From Octopus vulgaris (lineage: Eukaryota), in contig OX597819.1 of assembly GCA_951406725.2 (NCBI GenBank), positions 77,314,001 to 77,378,000 on the forward strand: a DNA stretch of 64,000 nucleotides, read 5' to 3'. Shown here one piece after another: positions 16,717-31,223 of this stretch. Under the pieces are notes generated by a model, which was not told the DNA's origin, searched no databases, and saw only the letters and a program-made list of their open reading frames with translations. The stretch's first letter is position 1; each line of letters opens with the position of its first letter. The translations under genes were made by a program, and so were the position numbers.

Positions 16717-19383
16717 ATGGCGATTATCAGAGTGGGCTGCATAAATGTTCGTGGCCTGAGGTCACCCTGGAAGCAAGGTCGCTCGCACAGTAACTTCAGG
16801 TCGCTAGGTTTGGATGTGATAGCAGCCGTGAGACCAGGATTTCCGACACTCGCAATCTTGCACCAATTTTCGACGATTATGAGATCTATGCATCTCTTAG
16901 TCGGCCCAGAATGGAAGGTGAGGTGGCAGTGGTGTTTAGGAAAGACCTGGAACCCGAAGTTCAAACGATCTTCCAGAACCCGGAGGTGGTCCTAGACGTA
17001 AGCGACAGTAAATGTGCCTTTAGACTAGTCACTGTTTACGCTCCCACGGGGACGGGGCAGCTATATTTCTTCAGACTTTTGGAGGTTTTCCTTGCGAAGT
17101 CACGCCTTTTCATATTAGTGGATGACTGGACGCCATCTTGGATGCACGCCTGGATAGGATGGGGCTAGCTGATAGGAGAGGTGGTAAAAACATCACAGAC
17201 CTGCTCAGCTGCTTCCAGTTGGCTGACAGGTACCGTCTGGATTTCCCGAATGTGCCAATGTGGACATGGAAGAACCGCATCGGGCCTTCCAGATCGTATC
17301 TAGATAGAGCACTTTGTAAGCCTGTAGATACAAGTAGTATAAGTTGTCCACATTTCAAAGTCGTCGGATACACGAACCATAAATCTGTGATCTGTACGGT
17401 CGAAACAGACAGGATCTGTAAACAGGGCTCCAGATACTGGAAGCTGAACGCGTCCTTCCTGGCGCGCCAAGCTTTCGAGAGTTGGCAGGCGCAATCGTCA
17501 ACAGCCGTTGGTGGATAGCCCTGAAAAGGGCTATTAGCGCAGAGGCAATAGTTTTTAGTAAAGAAATAGCGTTAGAGAAATCTAGGATAGAGGGAGACCT
17601 ATGTACCACCACCACACATACAAATTTTAAAACTAAAACAGGACACCTACAACACATTAAAAATTAATTTTCCAAATGCTGTTGGGCCATTCCAAAAAAC
17701 ATTCTCTTAGAGACTGTATAAAATCCTCGTGGAAACGCTCACAACAAAGACCAGGGGGACACCCCTGCCAGACAACAGTGATAATTAGAGCTCTTCTCCA
17801 TCCTAAATTTATTTTAATATGTTGATGCTCAGAATAGGTTATATAAATGCCAGGGGCCTCGGGTCGCCTTGGAAACAAGGTCAGCTTTTAAATGACCTGA
17901 GGTCAATTAGTGTAGATATTGAAGCCATCAGTGAATTCAGACTACCTGACCCACGGGACCTCATCACTTTTTTCGTCGGATACGAGATTTTTCTATCTCC
18001 GTGTATTCCGAGAAGAGTCGGTGGTGGTAGTGAGGTCTGGATTTGAAAATAAAGGTAGTCTTCCTGGATCCAGAAGGTAATTTGGTGGTCCTAAATGTGA
18101 ACAGCAGTGATGGCGGTGCTTTCAGACTGGTGGCTGCTTATGCTCCGAAAGGGGCAAGACGGTCTGATTACTTCAAGCGTCTGAAGGTTTTCCTGAGAAC
18201 TTTCGGACTTTAGTATTAGTAGGGGATTGGATCGTTAAGTTAGATGGACTTTTCTATTGCGTGGGAGTATCTGATAGGAGAGTGGGGTGCAAAAGCCTCA
18301 AAAACCTACTAAGACGTTTTCAATTGTCTGACAGATACCGACTAGGTTACCCGAATGTGCCAATGTAGACAAACTGCATCGGGTCATCTAGATCGTATCT
18401 AGACAGGGTATTTTGTCGGCCAGTGGAGCTGCAATCCTGGATTAGGCGTAGACCAAGGAGGGGCGCTTGGCACCTCGAGTGCCGTCAAGTGCTCGCAACC
18501 CTCCGCCAGGCGGGCAATGCGGCCTGTGGTAGTTCCACTCTAGCGTTCTATAGAGGGCTAGTGGGGGGGTGCAACGACGTTCTCGGAGAAACTCTGAGCA
18601 TCGATGAAGATCAACTAACCGGTCTGTTTCGGAGAGCTTTCGGGCCAGAGATAGCTTCCAGAAATCCCTTGCCTGGCATTGCTACAGAAGAGTGCTGCCT
18701 GTTCTAGATAAACTTTACAGGCACGGAAGAGCCGTCAGCCGGGCCTGTCCGAAGTGCACCCAGAACGATGAAACCGTTCTGCACGCCCTAGTCCAGTGCC
18801 TGAGTATTGCTGACCTGTAGGTTTATGTCGAACACCTGCTGTCGCGTGTAGGACGGATCCGGCTATCAGCTGAATCCATTGTGAAGATTATCCCGCCGCC
18901 CTCTTTTGGCCGAGAGGGGCAGGCAATTATTATTCGTCTAGTGGCTGTAGCGAAAGAGGTAGTATGGTGGACCCGTTTGAAAGGGCTTAAGACAGACACT
19001 TTCCTCTTTGACCAAGCCTTTATCAACTTCTTCAAGTTTCATTTGGAAAGGGAGTTTAGGGTGGAGAGGGAAGTGTTGCCTTGTAGCAAGTTTGTTGAAA
19101 GGTGTGTGAATGTTGAAAGAATGGCCAGTGTGAAAGGAAAAATTCTGAGCTTGCACCTGTAAAAAAGGAATCTAAGAAGGGCTCTTGTCCAGTTGTTCAA
19201 GCACCCGTGGCTTTAGTGGGACCTTAAAGCGCATCCCTATTGGGAGTTTTATTTTGTTCAATTTTTATTGTTACTATATTGTGATCACGCGGAAAACCCA
19301 TTGTATCGTCCTGCTTTTGTCTTTTATGTTGTATGTCATTTAATGTTTTTGTATGTGAGCCCTTGTGGCTAATAAACGAATAA

Positions 19384-19385
<2 letters not shown>
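16717..19385 (+). mobile_element. L1/Tx1-like LINE relics: two APE endonuclease segments plus C-terminal zinc-knuckle region, RT absent
   Basis: IRVGCINVRGL (16717) and LRIGYINARGL (about 17825); VYAP, WTW, SYLDR, YWKLN; CPKC...ETVLHALVQC near 18745-18800. Many stops and frameshifts. Confidence 0.8.
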
Positions 19386-19416
<31 letters not shown>

Positions 19417-19438
19417 GTTATTATTATTATTATTATTA

Positions 19439-19820
19439 GGCGGCGAGCTGGCAGAAGCGTTTGCACGCCGGGTGAAATGCGTAGCCGTATTTCGTCTGTC
19501 GTTACGTTCTGAGTTCAAATTCCGCCGAGGTCGACTTTACCTTTCATACTTTCGGGGTCGATAAATAAAGTACCAGTTACGCACTGGGGTCGATGTAATC
19601 GACTTAATCCCTTTGTCTGTCCTTGTTTGTCCCCTCTATGTTTAGCCCCTTGTGGGCAATAAAGAAATAGGTATTTCGCCTGTTGTTACGCTCTGAGTTC
19701 AAATTCCACCGGGATCGACTTTGCCTTTCATCCTTTCGGGGTTGATGAAATAAGTACCAGCTAATCAACTAGTCTTCTCCCTCAAAATTCCAGGACTTGA
19801 GCTTATAGTAGAAAGGATCA
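19439..19820 (+). mobile_element. tRNA-derived SINE family B (Deu/Nin-domain-like)
   Basis: GGCGGCGAGCTGGCAGAA...GAGTTCAAATTCC...GCCTTTCATCCTTTCGGGGTCGATAAA..AAGTACCAG. Other copies near 5130-5362, 5790-5970, 29640-30100, 33495-33680, 39360-39500 and 41550-41950. Confidence 0.8.
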
Positions 19821-19844
19821 TTATTATTATTATTATTATTATTG

Positions 19845-20245
19845 TATGTTTGACTTTTGCTTATATTTGTACAAGTTGGCTCCAAGTCTCACCCAGAGAC
19901 CTCAAGAGGCAACAGGTTGGAAGTTCGTATTGTTGTTATGACTAGTGTGCCTTATATTTGGTTTTGTATTTAGTGTTGTACTAGTGAATGCCTAAAAAAA
20001 AAAAACGAAAGTTGTGTTTGTTACATAGAAAGTATTTTGCGAAGGATATGAGCAGTTCCCATGAGCACTATCTTTTGAAATTCTGCCATTTTGGGGTTTC
20101 CTGGTATCTGAATTAGGTAGCGATCAGCCCCTTTTGCTATCATTCCCAGGGCACCTATGACAACAGGTATTGTTTTAGTCTTCAGGTTCCACATGTTGCT
20201 GATTTCTATTTCAAGATCTTTATATTTGCTCAGTTTTTGGTATTG
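19845..20245 (-). mobile_element. R4/Dong-like 3' fragment
   Basis: KLSKYKDLEIEISNMWNLKTKTIPVVIGALGMI...LMGTAHILRK; (ATT)n flanks. Confidence 0.75.
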
Positions 20246-20254
20246 TTATTATTA

Positions 20255-20294
<40 letters not shown>

Positions 20295-21420
20295 AGAAAT
20301 GAGATAAAAAGAAAATGAAATTCACGTGATTCTTTATTAACCACAACGATCGTTTCGACCCATCTTGTATTGATCCCTCGTGGGTGAGATTCTGGACCAC
20401 TTGTTGTTGTGCAGCCTTCCGTACACTTGGTTTTTGTCAAGTGACTTTTCAAAAGATACCTCGCTTAATAAATTCGGTTTCGCTTTGGTTTGATTATTAT
20501 GCATTTCGTTATTTGTTTATAGCTGATTGCATACAGGATTTCGTGTATGTGTTTTGATTGTTCCCCACTTCGCTGCGGGTTAGCGCTTTGTGGATGACTC
20601 CCCCATAAAGATTGGTTTTATTAGGAATGATGGATACCGATATTTCGCTATTTTTTATGGCTTTACCACCATCACGTACCTAAATGAACCCGGGGACGAA
20701 TCGAATCGCCAGTCTATGCAATATGCAAATAGGGTAGGAACCATTTGCTGGTATGCCACGGCGATGAACACCTTAAGATTAAATTTAGTTACGAATTGAA
20801 TTACGCAATATTCGTGTGTGTCTATTTGTCTAATATTTGTGTGTGCTCTTTTTGATAAAACAAGTATTTGAAGTGTGAACATTTTCGCGTACTGACACAT
20901 ACCGACACACATTTCTACATGTGTGTGTATGCGCGCGCCTGTGTGTGTGTGTGTTAACATGTGTGAGCGATCGTTCGCCACAGTGTAAGCTACGCCAAGG
21001 TAGTTCTCAGATGTACATTCCAAAACCAGATAAATCAACAACAATTAATAAACCAAGAAGAACGCATCTACATAGTTGCCTGTGGTGTTAGAAACAGCAG
21101 TTAAAACTCAATCAAGTTGTAGACTGGGACACGTCTTTAATACATGGGGCTGTTCGATCAACACAGATTTGGAATTTTAACAACTTTTATTCCCATGTAG
21201 TCATTTATGTTACAATGCGATTTTGTTCCTTTTTTTCCTTCTCTTCCACTAGAGTATTGCATCTTAGCCTTTTTCTGATTCCCACCCAGCTTCCTCTGTT
21301 CACCATCCTAATTCTTTCCTATATATGTATGATTAAGAAAACATTGTCTTGTGTGCAACACAGTATATTATATGATATTGATTTCAAATTTTGGCACAAG
21401 GCTACCAATTTCGGGTGAAG

Positions 21421-21480
<60 letters not shown>

Positions 21481-21779
21481 ACACTCTCTCTCTCTCACAC
21501 TCTCTCTCTCTCTCTCAAATATTTTGTTATTAACTATAAAATTCCTGATAATTTTTTAATTGTTCTTTATATATTTAAAATAAATTGGTCAGTTATAAGA
21601 TAATTAGTGGGACAACTTAAACCACACACAAACACATACACACACTACCACACGCATGTGTGGTAAGTGGCAACCTTTGCGTGTGCAATGTACAATAATA
21701 TTCAATGTAGCAGGGTACTCTACTTTGATTGGCTATTTATAAAGAGAAATAACTGCACGATTCAAATCATATATATATA

Positions 21780-21833
<54 letters not shown>

Positions 21834-21858
21834 ATGTGTATGTGTGTGTGCGCGTGTA

Positions 21859-23259
21859 TTAAGTCATCCCATAAATGATGCGGCTTTTTCAATGGCATAA
21901 ACTGAAAGTCGGAGCGGGACGAAATAAACTACCTGCATCAACTTGCAATAAAAGCAGGTAGTAATTTTACCTTGTACTTATTCTTAGTGGAAGTTTTGAA
22001 AAGTGCAGTTCGATTTTAACAGTCATTTTTTTCAAAGCTCTAGTGGAAGCGACAAAAGAGCATATTCGGAAAACGGCGAGCTACCAGAGTCGTTAGCACG
22101 CCGGGCGAAATGCTTAGTGGAAATCGATCAAATCAATTGTCCCCCTCTCTCCTAATTTCAGGCCTTGTGCCTATAGTAGAAAAGAGCATATTTTGCTTTA
22201 TGAGTTCAATAAAGGTAACAAAACAATTGAAAGTGCGAGAAATATTAATGCAGTATATGGGAATTGGACAATAAGCGTAAGCCAGTGTCAACGGTGTTTC
22301 CAGAAATTCCGAGCTGGAAACTACAGCTTAGAAGACGACCCTCGTCTTGGAAGATCTGTATAGTGCTCGACGAGGACGTCCTGCAAATCCTGATGGAACA
22401 AAATTCAATTGTAACTGTTGAAGAACCAGCAGAGAAGCTTAGATTTGGTCATTCAACCATTCATCGACACGTGCATACCATCGGAAAAGTCAGAAAATTG
22501 GGTCAATGGGTTTCTCACAACTTTTCGAGTCTAATCGCGCGCAGAGAATGAATGTGTTCTCTTCTTTGCTGTCACGTCTCACTAATGAACCTTTTTTGGA
22601 CCGAATAGTGACTGGTGACAAGAAATGGGTTCTCTGTAAAAATGCCAAGCGCCGAATACAGTAAGTATGGAAAGGAGAAACACCGGCACCCCAGGCTAAA
22701 GAAGGGCTTCACTTACGTAAGATGTTGTTATCTGTCTGGTATGATATGAAAGGTTTAGTCCACTTTGAACTTTTAAAACCAAACCAAACAATAACAAAAG
22801 AGATCTCCTGCGAGCAGCATGAGCGGCTAAAGTCAGCGCTAGAAGAAAAACGACCATCCTTGGTTTCAAGACGAAAGATCTCCTTCCATCATGATAATGC
22901 TTGACCACATACAGCGAGGAGGACATTCCAAAGGCTGGAACATTTTGAATAGGAAACGGTGCCCCACCCACCATGTTCGCCGGACATTGCCCCATTTGAT
23001 TATCCTTTATTCCGCAATCTTAAAAATCATTTGGACGGAAAAAATATGAATTCTGCAGTCAAGATCAGAACAGTACTGGAGGAGTATTTTTCATGACGGA
23101 CAAGTGAAGTTTGCAAGAGGAGCCTTGAAACTCTACCAGATAGATGGAAGAGCGCTGTAGAAAATGAAGGAGAGTATATTTTAGATTGAAAAAGAACTTT
23201 GTTTATCTTAATTTTGAAAAAATAAAAGTATGAAAATACCGCATTATTTATGGAATGAC

Positions 23260-23263
<4 letters not shown>
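21859..23263 (+). mobile_element. Full-length but decayed mariner (DD34D-type) transposon with a nested SINE fragment (about 22070-22185)
   Basis: TIRs TTAAGTCATCCCATAAATGATGCGG / CCGCATTATTTATGGAATGACCCAA with TA flanks. Motifs LGQWVSH, IVTGDKKW, LSVWYD, HHDNA, HPPCSPDIAPFDY; several stops. Confidence 0.9.
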
Positions 23264-23323
<60 letters not shown>

Positions 23324-23665
23324 GCATATATATGTATGTATACTCGACACCGTAGGTCACGAATGACCATGGGTGCACCTAAGAGGTTCCCCACCGGGGC
23401 ACAAGTCTGAGTGAAAAATCGCCTCACTGGAATAACGCACAACCTAAGGCTGTATTATGGAAGACTAGCAGTCGCCCATGCATACCAGCGTTCCATTTTC
23501 ACACAACCGATGTTATCCAAAAGAAAAGTAAATGTCGATACAGCTTGGCGCCAGTGACGTCGCAACTCATTTCTACAGCTGAGTGAACTAGAGCATGTCC
23601 GGGAATCGAACTCACAACATCACGATCGTATGCTCGATCCTCTAACCACTGAGCCATGCCCCTTC

Positions 23666-23715
<50 letters not shown>

Positions 23716-23717
<2 letters not shown>

Positions 23718-24621
23718 CTCCACTTCTCCTGCACTATCTCTGACACCTCTGTCTTCTTACTTGACATTTCGGTCAGCATTCATCACTCCACTCTCACCAC
23801 CTCCATCCACTACAAACACACAGACTCACACTCATACCTCAACTTCTCTTCCTCCCACCCTAAACACACCAAGCTTTCCATTCCCTATTCCCAATTCCTC
23901 CGTCTACGCAGGCACTGTAGTGACGACCATGACTTTGAGACTCATGGCTCGCTACTTCATCCTACGTGGATATCACCTCACCACTATCCACACCGCCCTT
24001 GCCAAAGCACGTTCGGTGGACCGTGCATCTGCTCTCTCCCCGAACCTGCCCCGCTGTCTCCCGTTTCCCATTTCCCCTCACCTACCACCCACAACCCTAC
24101 CTCTCCAACGCACCATTCTCCGAGCCTTCCGGCGACTCCAGTCCGACCCCTCCACTTCGCACACCTTCCCTAACCGACCCCTCCCCTCCTTTAAACGAGC
24201 CCACAACCTACAAGACCACTTGGTCCACAGTTTCTTCCCTAACCCAACCTTCCAACCCGGCTCGCTCCCCTGCTTCCGCCCACACTGCCGCACCGGCCTA
24301 TCACATCACCGACTCCTTCACCTGCACTTCTACCAATACTGCATCTCCTGATCTCTCGGCCAATCTCTATACATCGGGCAAACGAGACGCCGCTTGGCTG
24401 ACCGGTTCGCAGAACACCTCCGAGACATCCGATTCGGCAATGGCACCCCTGGCTCGTGCCATTTCCGCTCTAATGGTCACTCTTTGCAACACCTGTCTCT
24501 GTTCGGATTGTCCTTGCAGAGGGGCCATCTGGACTCTCGTTTGCGCCGTGAACAGGATTTAATCTTCTGTCTTCGCTCTTTTGCGTCACATGGGCTCAAC
24601 TCTCCTCCCCTCTTCATCTAA
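23716..24621 (+). pseudogene. Frameshifted Penelope-like (Neptune-type) RT thumb + GIY-YIG fragment
   Basis: Across frames: RGY, PLTYHP, FKRAHNLQDHLV, CxxC, FTCTSTN, YCISC, LYIGQTRRRLADRFAEHLRDI, REQDLIF..HGLN. Followed by a pyrimidine-rich tract. Confidence 0.85.
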
Positions 24622-25291
24622 TCTCCTCCCCTCGCCTCTCTCCTCCTTACACATACATCCTCCCACCCAGCTCTTCTCTCTTGCTCCGACTCCTACTTCT
24701 TCTCTTCACTCTTACTTTCCTTCTCTCTTCTCTTCACTCCTACCCGCCTTCTCCTCCCTCCCTTCATCGTCACCCCTCCCTCGTAAGCCCACCCCACCCC
24801 TACACATTCCAATCCCATCTTTCCCATCCTTCCCCATCCCAGTCCACCCCATATACCCACACCCACATACCCCACCTTTACACCCACCCTCCGCCTACCC
24901 ACACCCCAACTCCAACCCCACCCTAAGCTAAGTTACGGGCACATAAACAAAAAGTCGGTTGCAAAGAGATGGCAAAGGGACAAACAGATACACAAATACA
25001 TACAAACAAATATATATATAGAGAGAGAGAGAAAGAGAGAGAGACGACGGGCTTCTTTCAATTTCTGTCTACCAAATCCACTCACAAAGCTTTGGTCGGT
25101 CCCAGGCTATAGAGGGAGGCACTTGCCCAAAGTGCTCCGCAAAGGGACTGACCCTGGAACTATGTGATTAGGAAAAAAGCCACACAGTCAATCCCGAGTT
25201 TATATGTATGTATATATACGTATATATACATATATTTATATATATAATATAATGCAAAATGAGACAAGAACGCAACAAATACATATATACA

Positions 25292-25336
<45 letters not shown>

Positions 25337-25363
25337 GTATATACATGTAAATACATATATGTA

Positions 25364-25428
<65 letters not shown>

Positions 25429-25863
25429 ATATATACGCATATATACATGTACATATATACATATATATATATATATGTCTATATATACATATATACGTAT
25501 ATAAATATATGTCTATATATACATATATATATACATATATACGTATATATACATATACATATATATGTGTATGTATATATATATACATATATATATACAT
25601 ATGCATATATCTACACATATATACATATGCATATATATATACACACATATATACATATACATATATATATACACACATATATACATATACATATATATAT
25701 ATACACACATATATACATATACACATATATACATATACACATATATACATATACACATATATACATATACACATATATACATATATATATATATATACAT
25801 CTGTTTATATATATATTTACATATATATTCATATACATATATTTACATATATATATATAAGCG

Positions 25864-25894
<31 letters not shown>

Positions 25895-26458
25895 GCATAC
25901 ATATATATATACATATATCATATACATATATATATCCATATATAATATACATATATATATCCATATATAATATACATATATATATCCATATATAATATAC
26001 ATATATATATATACATATACATATACATATATATATATACATATATATATATATACATATATATACACACACATATATACACACATTATTACACACACAT
26101 ATATATATATATACATATATATATAGACATATATCGGGACCCACTTCGGTCACAATACTGACCATGGGATTGCACCTATAAAGTTACCCTCCTAGTCACA
26201 AGTCTGGGCAAGGTGGTTTATGGATGACTAGCAGTCGCCCATTCATACCGGCCTCCCTTCTCCACGCCACCAGTGTTATCCAAGGGAAAGGCAGCAGCCG
26301 ATACAGCTTGGCACCCGTGACGTCGCAACTCATTTCTACAGCTGAGTTAACTGGAGCAACGTGAAATAAAGTGTGTTGCTCAAGAACACAGCACGCAGCC
26401 CGATCCGGGATTCGAGCTCACAACCTCACGATCGTAAACTCGACGCTCTAACCACTGA

Positions 26459-26518
<60 letters not shown>

Positions 26519-26687
26519 CATATATATATACATATATATACATATATACATACATATATATATACATATATATATACATATATATACATATATACATACA
26601 TATATATATATATATACATATATATACATATATACATACATATATATACATATATACATATATACATACATATATATACATATATAC

Positions 26688-26722
<35 letters not shown>

Positions 26723-26974
26723 CATATATATACATACATATATATACATATATACATACATACATATATATACATATATACATACATATATATACATATA
26801 TACATACATATATATACATGCATATATATACATATATACATACATATATATACATATATATACATACATATATATACATATATATACATATATACATACA
26901 TATATATACATATATATACATATATACATACATATATATACATATATACATACATATATATATATACATACATA

Positions 26975-27015
<41 letters not shown>

Positions 27016-27893
27016 ACATACATATATATATACATACATATATATATATACATATACATATATACATATATATATACATATATATATATACATATATATA
27101 TACATATATATATATACATATACATATATACATATATATAACGGGAAGCTTTATGAAAATAAACAAAAGACGAAGGCAGGTGGAAAACAAACGAACAATT
27201 GTATTAGTATATATACATATACATATATATATACATACATATATATATATACATATACATACATATATATATATACATATACATATATATATATATATAC
27301 ATATACATACATATATAAACATATATACATACATATATATATATACATACATATATATATATACATATATATACATATATAAACACATATATATACATAT
27401 ATAAACACATATATATACACACACATATATACATATATATATATATAGATAGATAGATAGGCGCTGGAGTGGCTGTGTGATAAGTAGCTTGCTTACCAAC
27501 CACATGGTTCCGGGTTCAGTCCCACTGCTTGGCACCTAGGGCAAGTGTCTTCTACTGTAGCCTCGGGCCGCCCAAATCCTTCTGAGAGGATATAGTAGAC
27601 GGAAACTGAAAGAAGCCCGTCGTGTATATATTTATATGTGTGTGTGTGTGTGTGTGTGTTTGTGCGCGCGCGCGCGTGCTTGTGTGCTTGTGTGTGTGTC
27701 TGTATTTGTCTTCCAACATCGCTTGACAACCGATGCTGGTGTATTTACGTCCTCGTAACTCAGCGATTCAGCAGAAGTGACTGATATATTACGTCCTGGG
27801 CTTACAAAGACTAAGTCCTGGGGTTGATTTGCTCGGCCCCAGTATGGCCGCAGTCAAATGACTGAAACAAATAAAAGCATAAAAGAATTATAT

Positions 27894-27926
<33 letters not shown>

Positions 27927-28192
27927 AATATATATATACATGTTTCCTTCTCAAGCCATGCCAGGCTCATAAGGGCCGGCTTCCCGGTTTCACTGGCGTA
28001 TAAATTTCCCACCTGGACTGGACCTCGACCCGTGCTTAACTGGTACTTATTTTTGCCAGCTGAGTGTACTGGAGCAACGTGAAATGAAGCGTTTTGCTCA
28101 AGAACAAAACGCGTCACCCGGTCCAGGAATCGAAACCACAATCTTACGACTTTGAATCCAGCACCCTAACCACTAAGCCACGCGCCTACACA

Positions 28193-28288
<96 letters not shown>

Positions 28289-30564
28289 TATATACACACA
28301 CGCACACACGTATTTGACAAACACCTGAATGAACTGCTACAATAAGCAACGGCAGGTAACAATACGTACACACACACATATATATATATGTATGTGTACT
28401 TTTGTGAATGTGCTTGAGTACGTGCATGCGCACGCGTGTGTGTATACTGATAAACATAAGTGTTAAACAAAAACACGTTGATTCAATGACCACAATTCTA
28501 TCTTTGCGCCTCACAGTCGATCAATCAACTGCTTCCGCATTTAAGGTTAGTAAATGTATCTCAGATGGTTTCGACGATAAATATCCTAGTTTCCGATCAA
28601 CTGAGCTACGTGCTCATTGAATTACCGTATATTTGATTCTTTATTCCAAAGACTATTACCCTTTCAGCTTAATTCTCAGGAAAATGAACGTTACATAAAT
28701 ATGTGCGCCCTTTGAGAAACAAGTACAATCTACCAGAGGAGCTTCTACATTTCTCAGTACCCAATTTCACTTTTAAGGCTTGGGTGCACACCCCACTCAA
28801 GATGTTATGCAATTGGATTGAAACAGGGATCTCTCGATAATGAAGCGAACTTCTTAACGACTCGTTCAATTTCTCAAGTATTAAATTTAATCCATTGCTA
28901 GGTTTAGCATCACCAGCTGATCCTTGGGTGCCTTTAGCTAAGCCCACTTTGTTGTGAGCATTTAGATACTATCTAGTCTGAGGATAACTGTCACTTTTCC
29001 TTTCACCAGTTTTGAAGGCTTTTAGAAAGGATCATATGCTTTCCTTTCTCTCCTAATCAAGCCAGTAAAAAAAACGATTTTATACGTTTCAAACTCATTT
29101 GGGACTGCATCACAACAAAATAGAATTATCTTTTACTACGAGTTTTATACCATCTATAGATATGGTTTAATCAAGGAGAGAAGGACAGCGCCCATTACAA
29201 TTTTACGGTGACTCCAGTACAGGCGAGGGGAAGAGAGCTGTAGAAAAGATTATTAATGGGGTTGCTATGGTAGGGAACAGTGCATTAAGTTATCGAGTTT
29301 ATTATCAAGCACAATACCTCGTCTGGGTGCTTGGATGCCGCTAAAGTTAACAAAGGGTCAAGTGGTGGTACTAAAACGGGATGTCGGATTAGCTCCACCT
29401 CCCTGGAACAGATACGGTTCACCCAAAGAAGATCCACACAGTTTCTGAAAACCTAATTTCACTGACAAGTCTTGGGTTGACCTCCAGATTATTGTATTAT
29501 ACACTGGCGCAAGATGTCGGGCAGGTAGATCGGTACAATAAATACAAATTTGCGAAATCCTTATACTGGAACTTTGCAATATTGTACTACATAAGCACAT
29601 GACCACGATTACTCCTGTCATTATTGGTTTCAAATTTTGGCACAAGGCCAGCAATTTCGGGGAAGCAGAGTAAATCGATTACCTCGACCCGTGCTTAACT
29701 GGTATTTTTTTCATCGGCCCCAAAATTATGAAATGTAAAGTTGACCTTGGTAGAATCTAAACTCAGAACGTAAAGATGGACGAAATGCCGCTAAGCATTT
29801 TACCCCCGGTGTGATAACGATTCTGCCAGCTCGCCACCTTATATTTCCCTGTCATTATTAAAAACAAAATATAAGGTGGTGAGCTGGCGGAATCGTTAGC
29901 TCGCCGGACGAAATGCTTTACGGCATTTCGTTCGTCTTTACGTTCTAAGTTCAAATTCTTGCGATGTCAACTTTACCTTTAGTTTTTTTTTTCTTTTTTT
30001 AAGATCGCTAAAACAAGTACTAATTGAGCATTGGGGTCAAGGCAATCGGCTATCCCCTCCCCCAAAATGTCTAGCCTTGTACCTATTGTAGAAAGAATTA
30101 TTAAAAACAAAATAAAACTAAGGTGATTTTGACAGAATCGTTTGAGCCTCGGAAAAATTGCTTTGTGATATTTTATTCCGATTATTCACTTCCTGAATCT
30201 TAATCCTACCGATATCAACTCTGTTTTCATTCTAGTGAGGTCGATAAAATACAGTACAAGGCAAGTACATGAATCGATGTCATTGACTAACCCCTATCTC
30301 CACTAGCCGTTTTATTAAATTAGAAATCCTTAGTAAAACAAAACAAAGCAAAGCAAAAGGCAGCACAACGAGGAAGTGGATTGTATAAACAACAGAGGCT
30401 AGAACTGAGTGCCTTATGATGTATGTGTATAGTTACGTTCCATTACAATATGTGTTCAAAACCCGCCGAGAACGGATTTGTCTTTCGCCTTTTCAGGATT
30501 GATAAAGTAAGTACCAGATACATTTCTTTCTTTTTTTTTTTTTTTTTTTACAATTATTTTGATC

Positions 30565-31175
30565 TTGAGGAAGACGGCTGAGCCCATGGCCCTCGCAGGT
30601 CTTGAGACCGATGTGAATGATGCCGTCAACGTATCTCTTGAAAAGTTGGAACTCAATGGCTGGAGAACAAAAATGCATGTACAGGGAAAGAACTCCACAG
30701 AACCAATTTTCTGTGGAGAAAAGATTGCGTGTAAGGTAGGGTTTGAAGGAGAGGATGGACATGATAAGGTTGACATATGATAAGGTTGACGAGATGAGGG
30801 GAGGCGAGGGAGCCGAGCGTGTCTAAGTCAGAGGTTCTCAACCAGGGTCCACATGACACTTGATGGGAGGGGGTCTACATAAGATTACATTGTTAAAATT
30901 TATATGCAATAAATTGTTTATACTTCTACAATATACAATATACTTTCATTTCTTTTTTAATATAATTTCTTATAATATTTAATTATAGCAATATACTAGG
31001 ATTTTTTAAACGTCGAATGGCTAGTGAGGGGGTCTAAAGGTAAAAAAGGGGGTCTAAAGGTAAAAAATGGTTGAGAATCATCACTGGTCTAAGTGAATGT
31101 GATACGAGACCAACGAGTTGTGAGGGACATAGAGTGCTATAGTAGCAGCGGAGAAGGTAGAGAGAGAGAGAGAGG
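30565..31175 (-). mobile_element. Old LINE (jockey/CR1 group) 3' fragment, interrupted by the hAT MITE
   Basis: Degenerate C-terminal motif YTQSFLHRKLVLWSSFPVHAF...FKR. Confidence 0.5.
30829..31086. mobile_element. hAT (Charlie-like) MITE
   Basis: Ends CAGAGGTTCTCAACC / GGTTGAGAA(TCAT)CACTG; perfect 8-bp TSD GTCTAAGT at 30821-30828 and 31087-31094. Confidence 0.88.
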
Positions 31176-31223
31176 ATGGGTGGGTAGTACGTCTGTAGTA
31201 TATGGGCAGGGGTGTTGATTTAA

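Noticed and set aside
20340-20720. ACGATCGTTTCGACCC and GGATGACTCCCC...GGGGACGAA partial hammerhead-like motifs
   Set aside because: Core CUGANGA or GAAA is missing; at best very old remnants.
25160-27535. Long ORFs rich in Y/I/H/T/C/V/M here and at about 0.8-1.2, 6.5-7, 12.1-12.6, 57.6-58.8 and 63.2-63.7 kb
   Set aside because: Translations of (TA)n, (CA)n and (TACA)n microsatellites, which lack stop codons.
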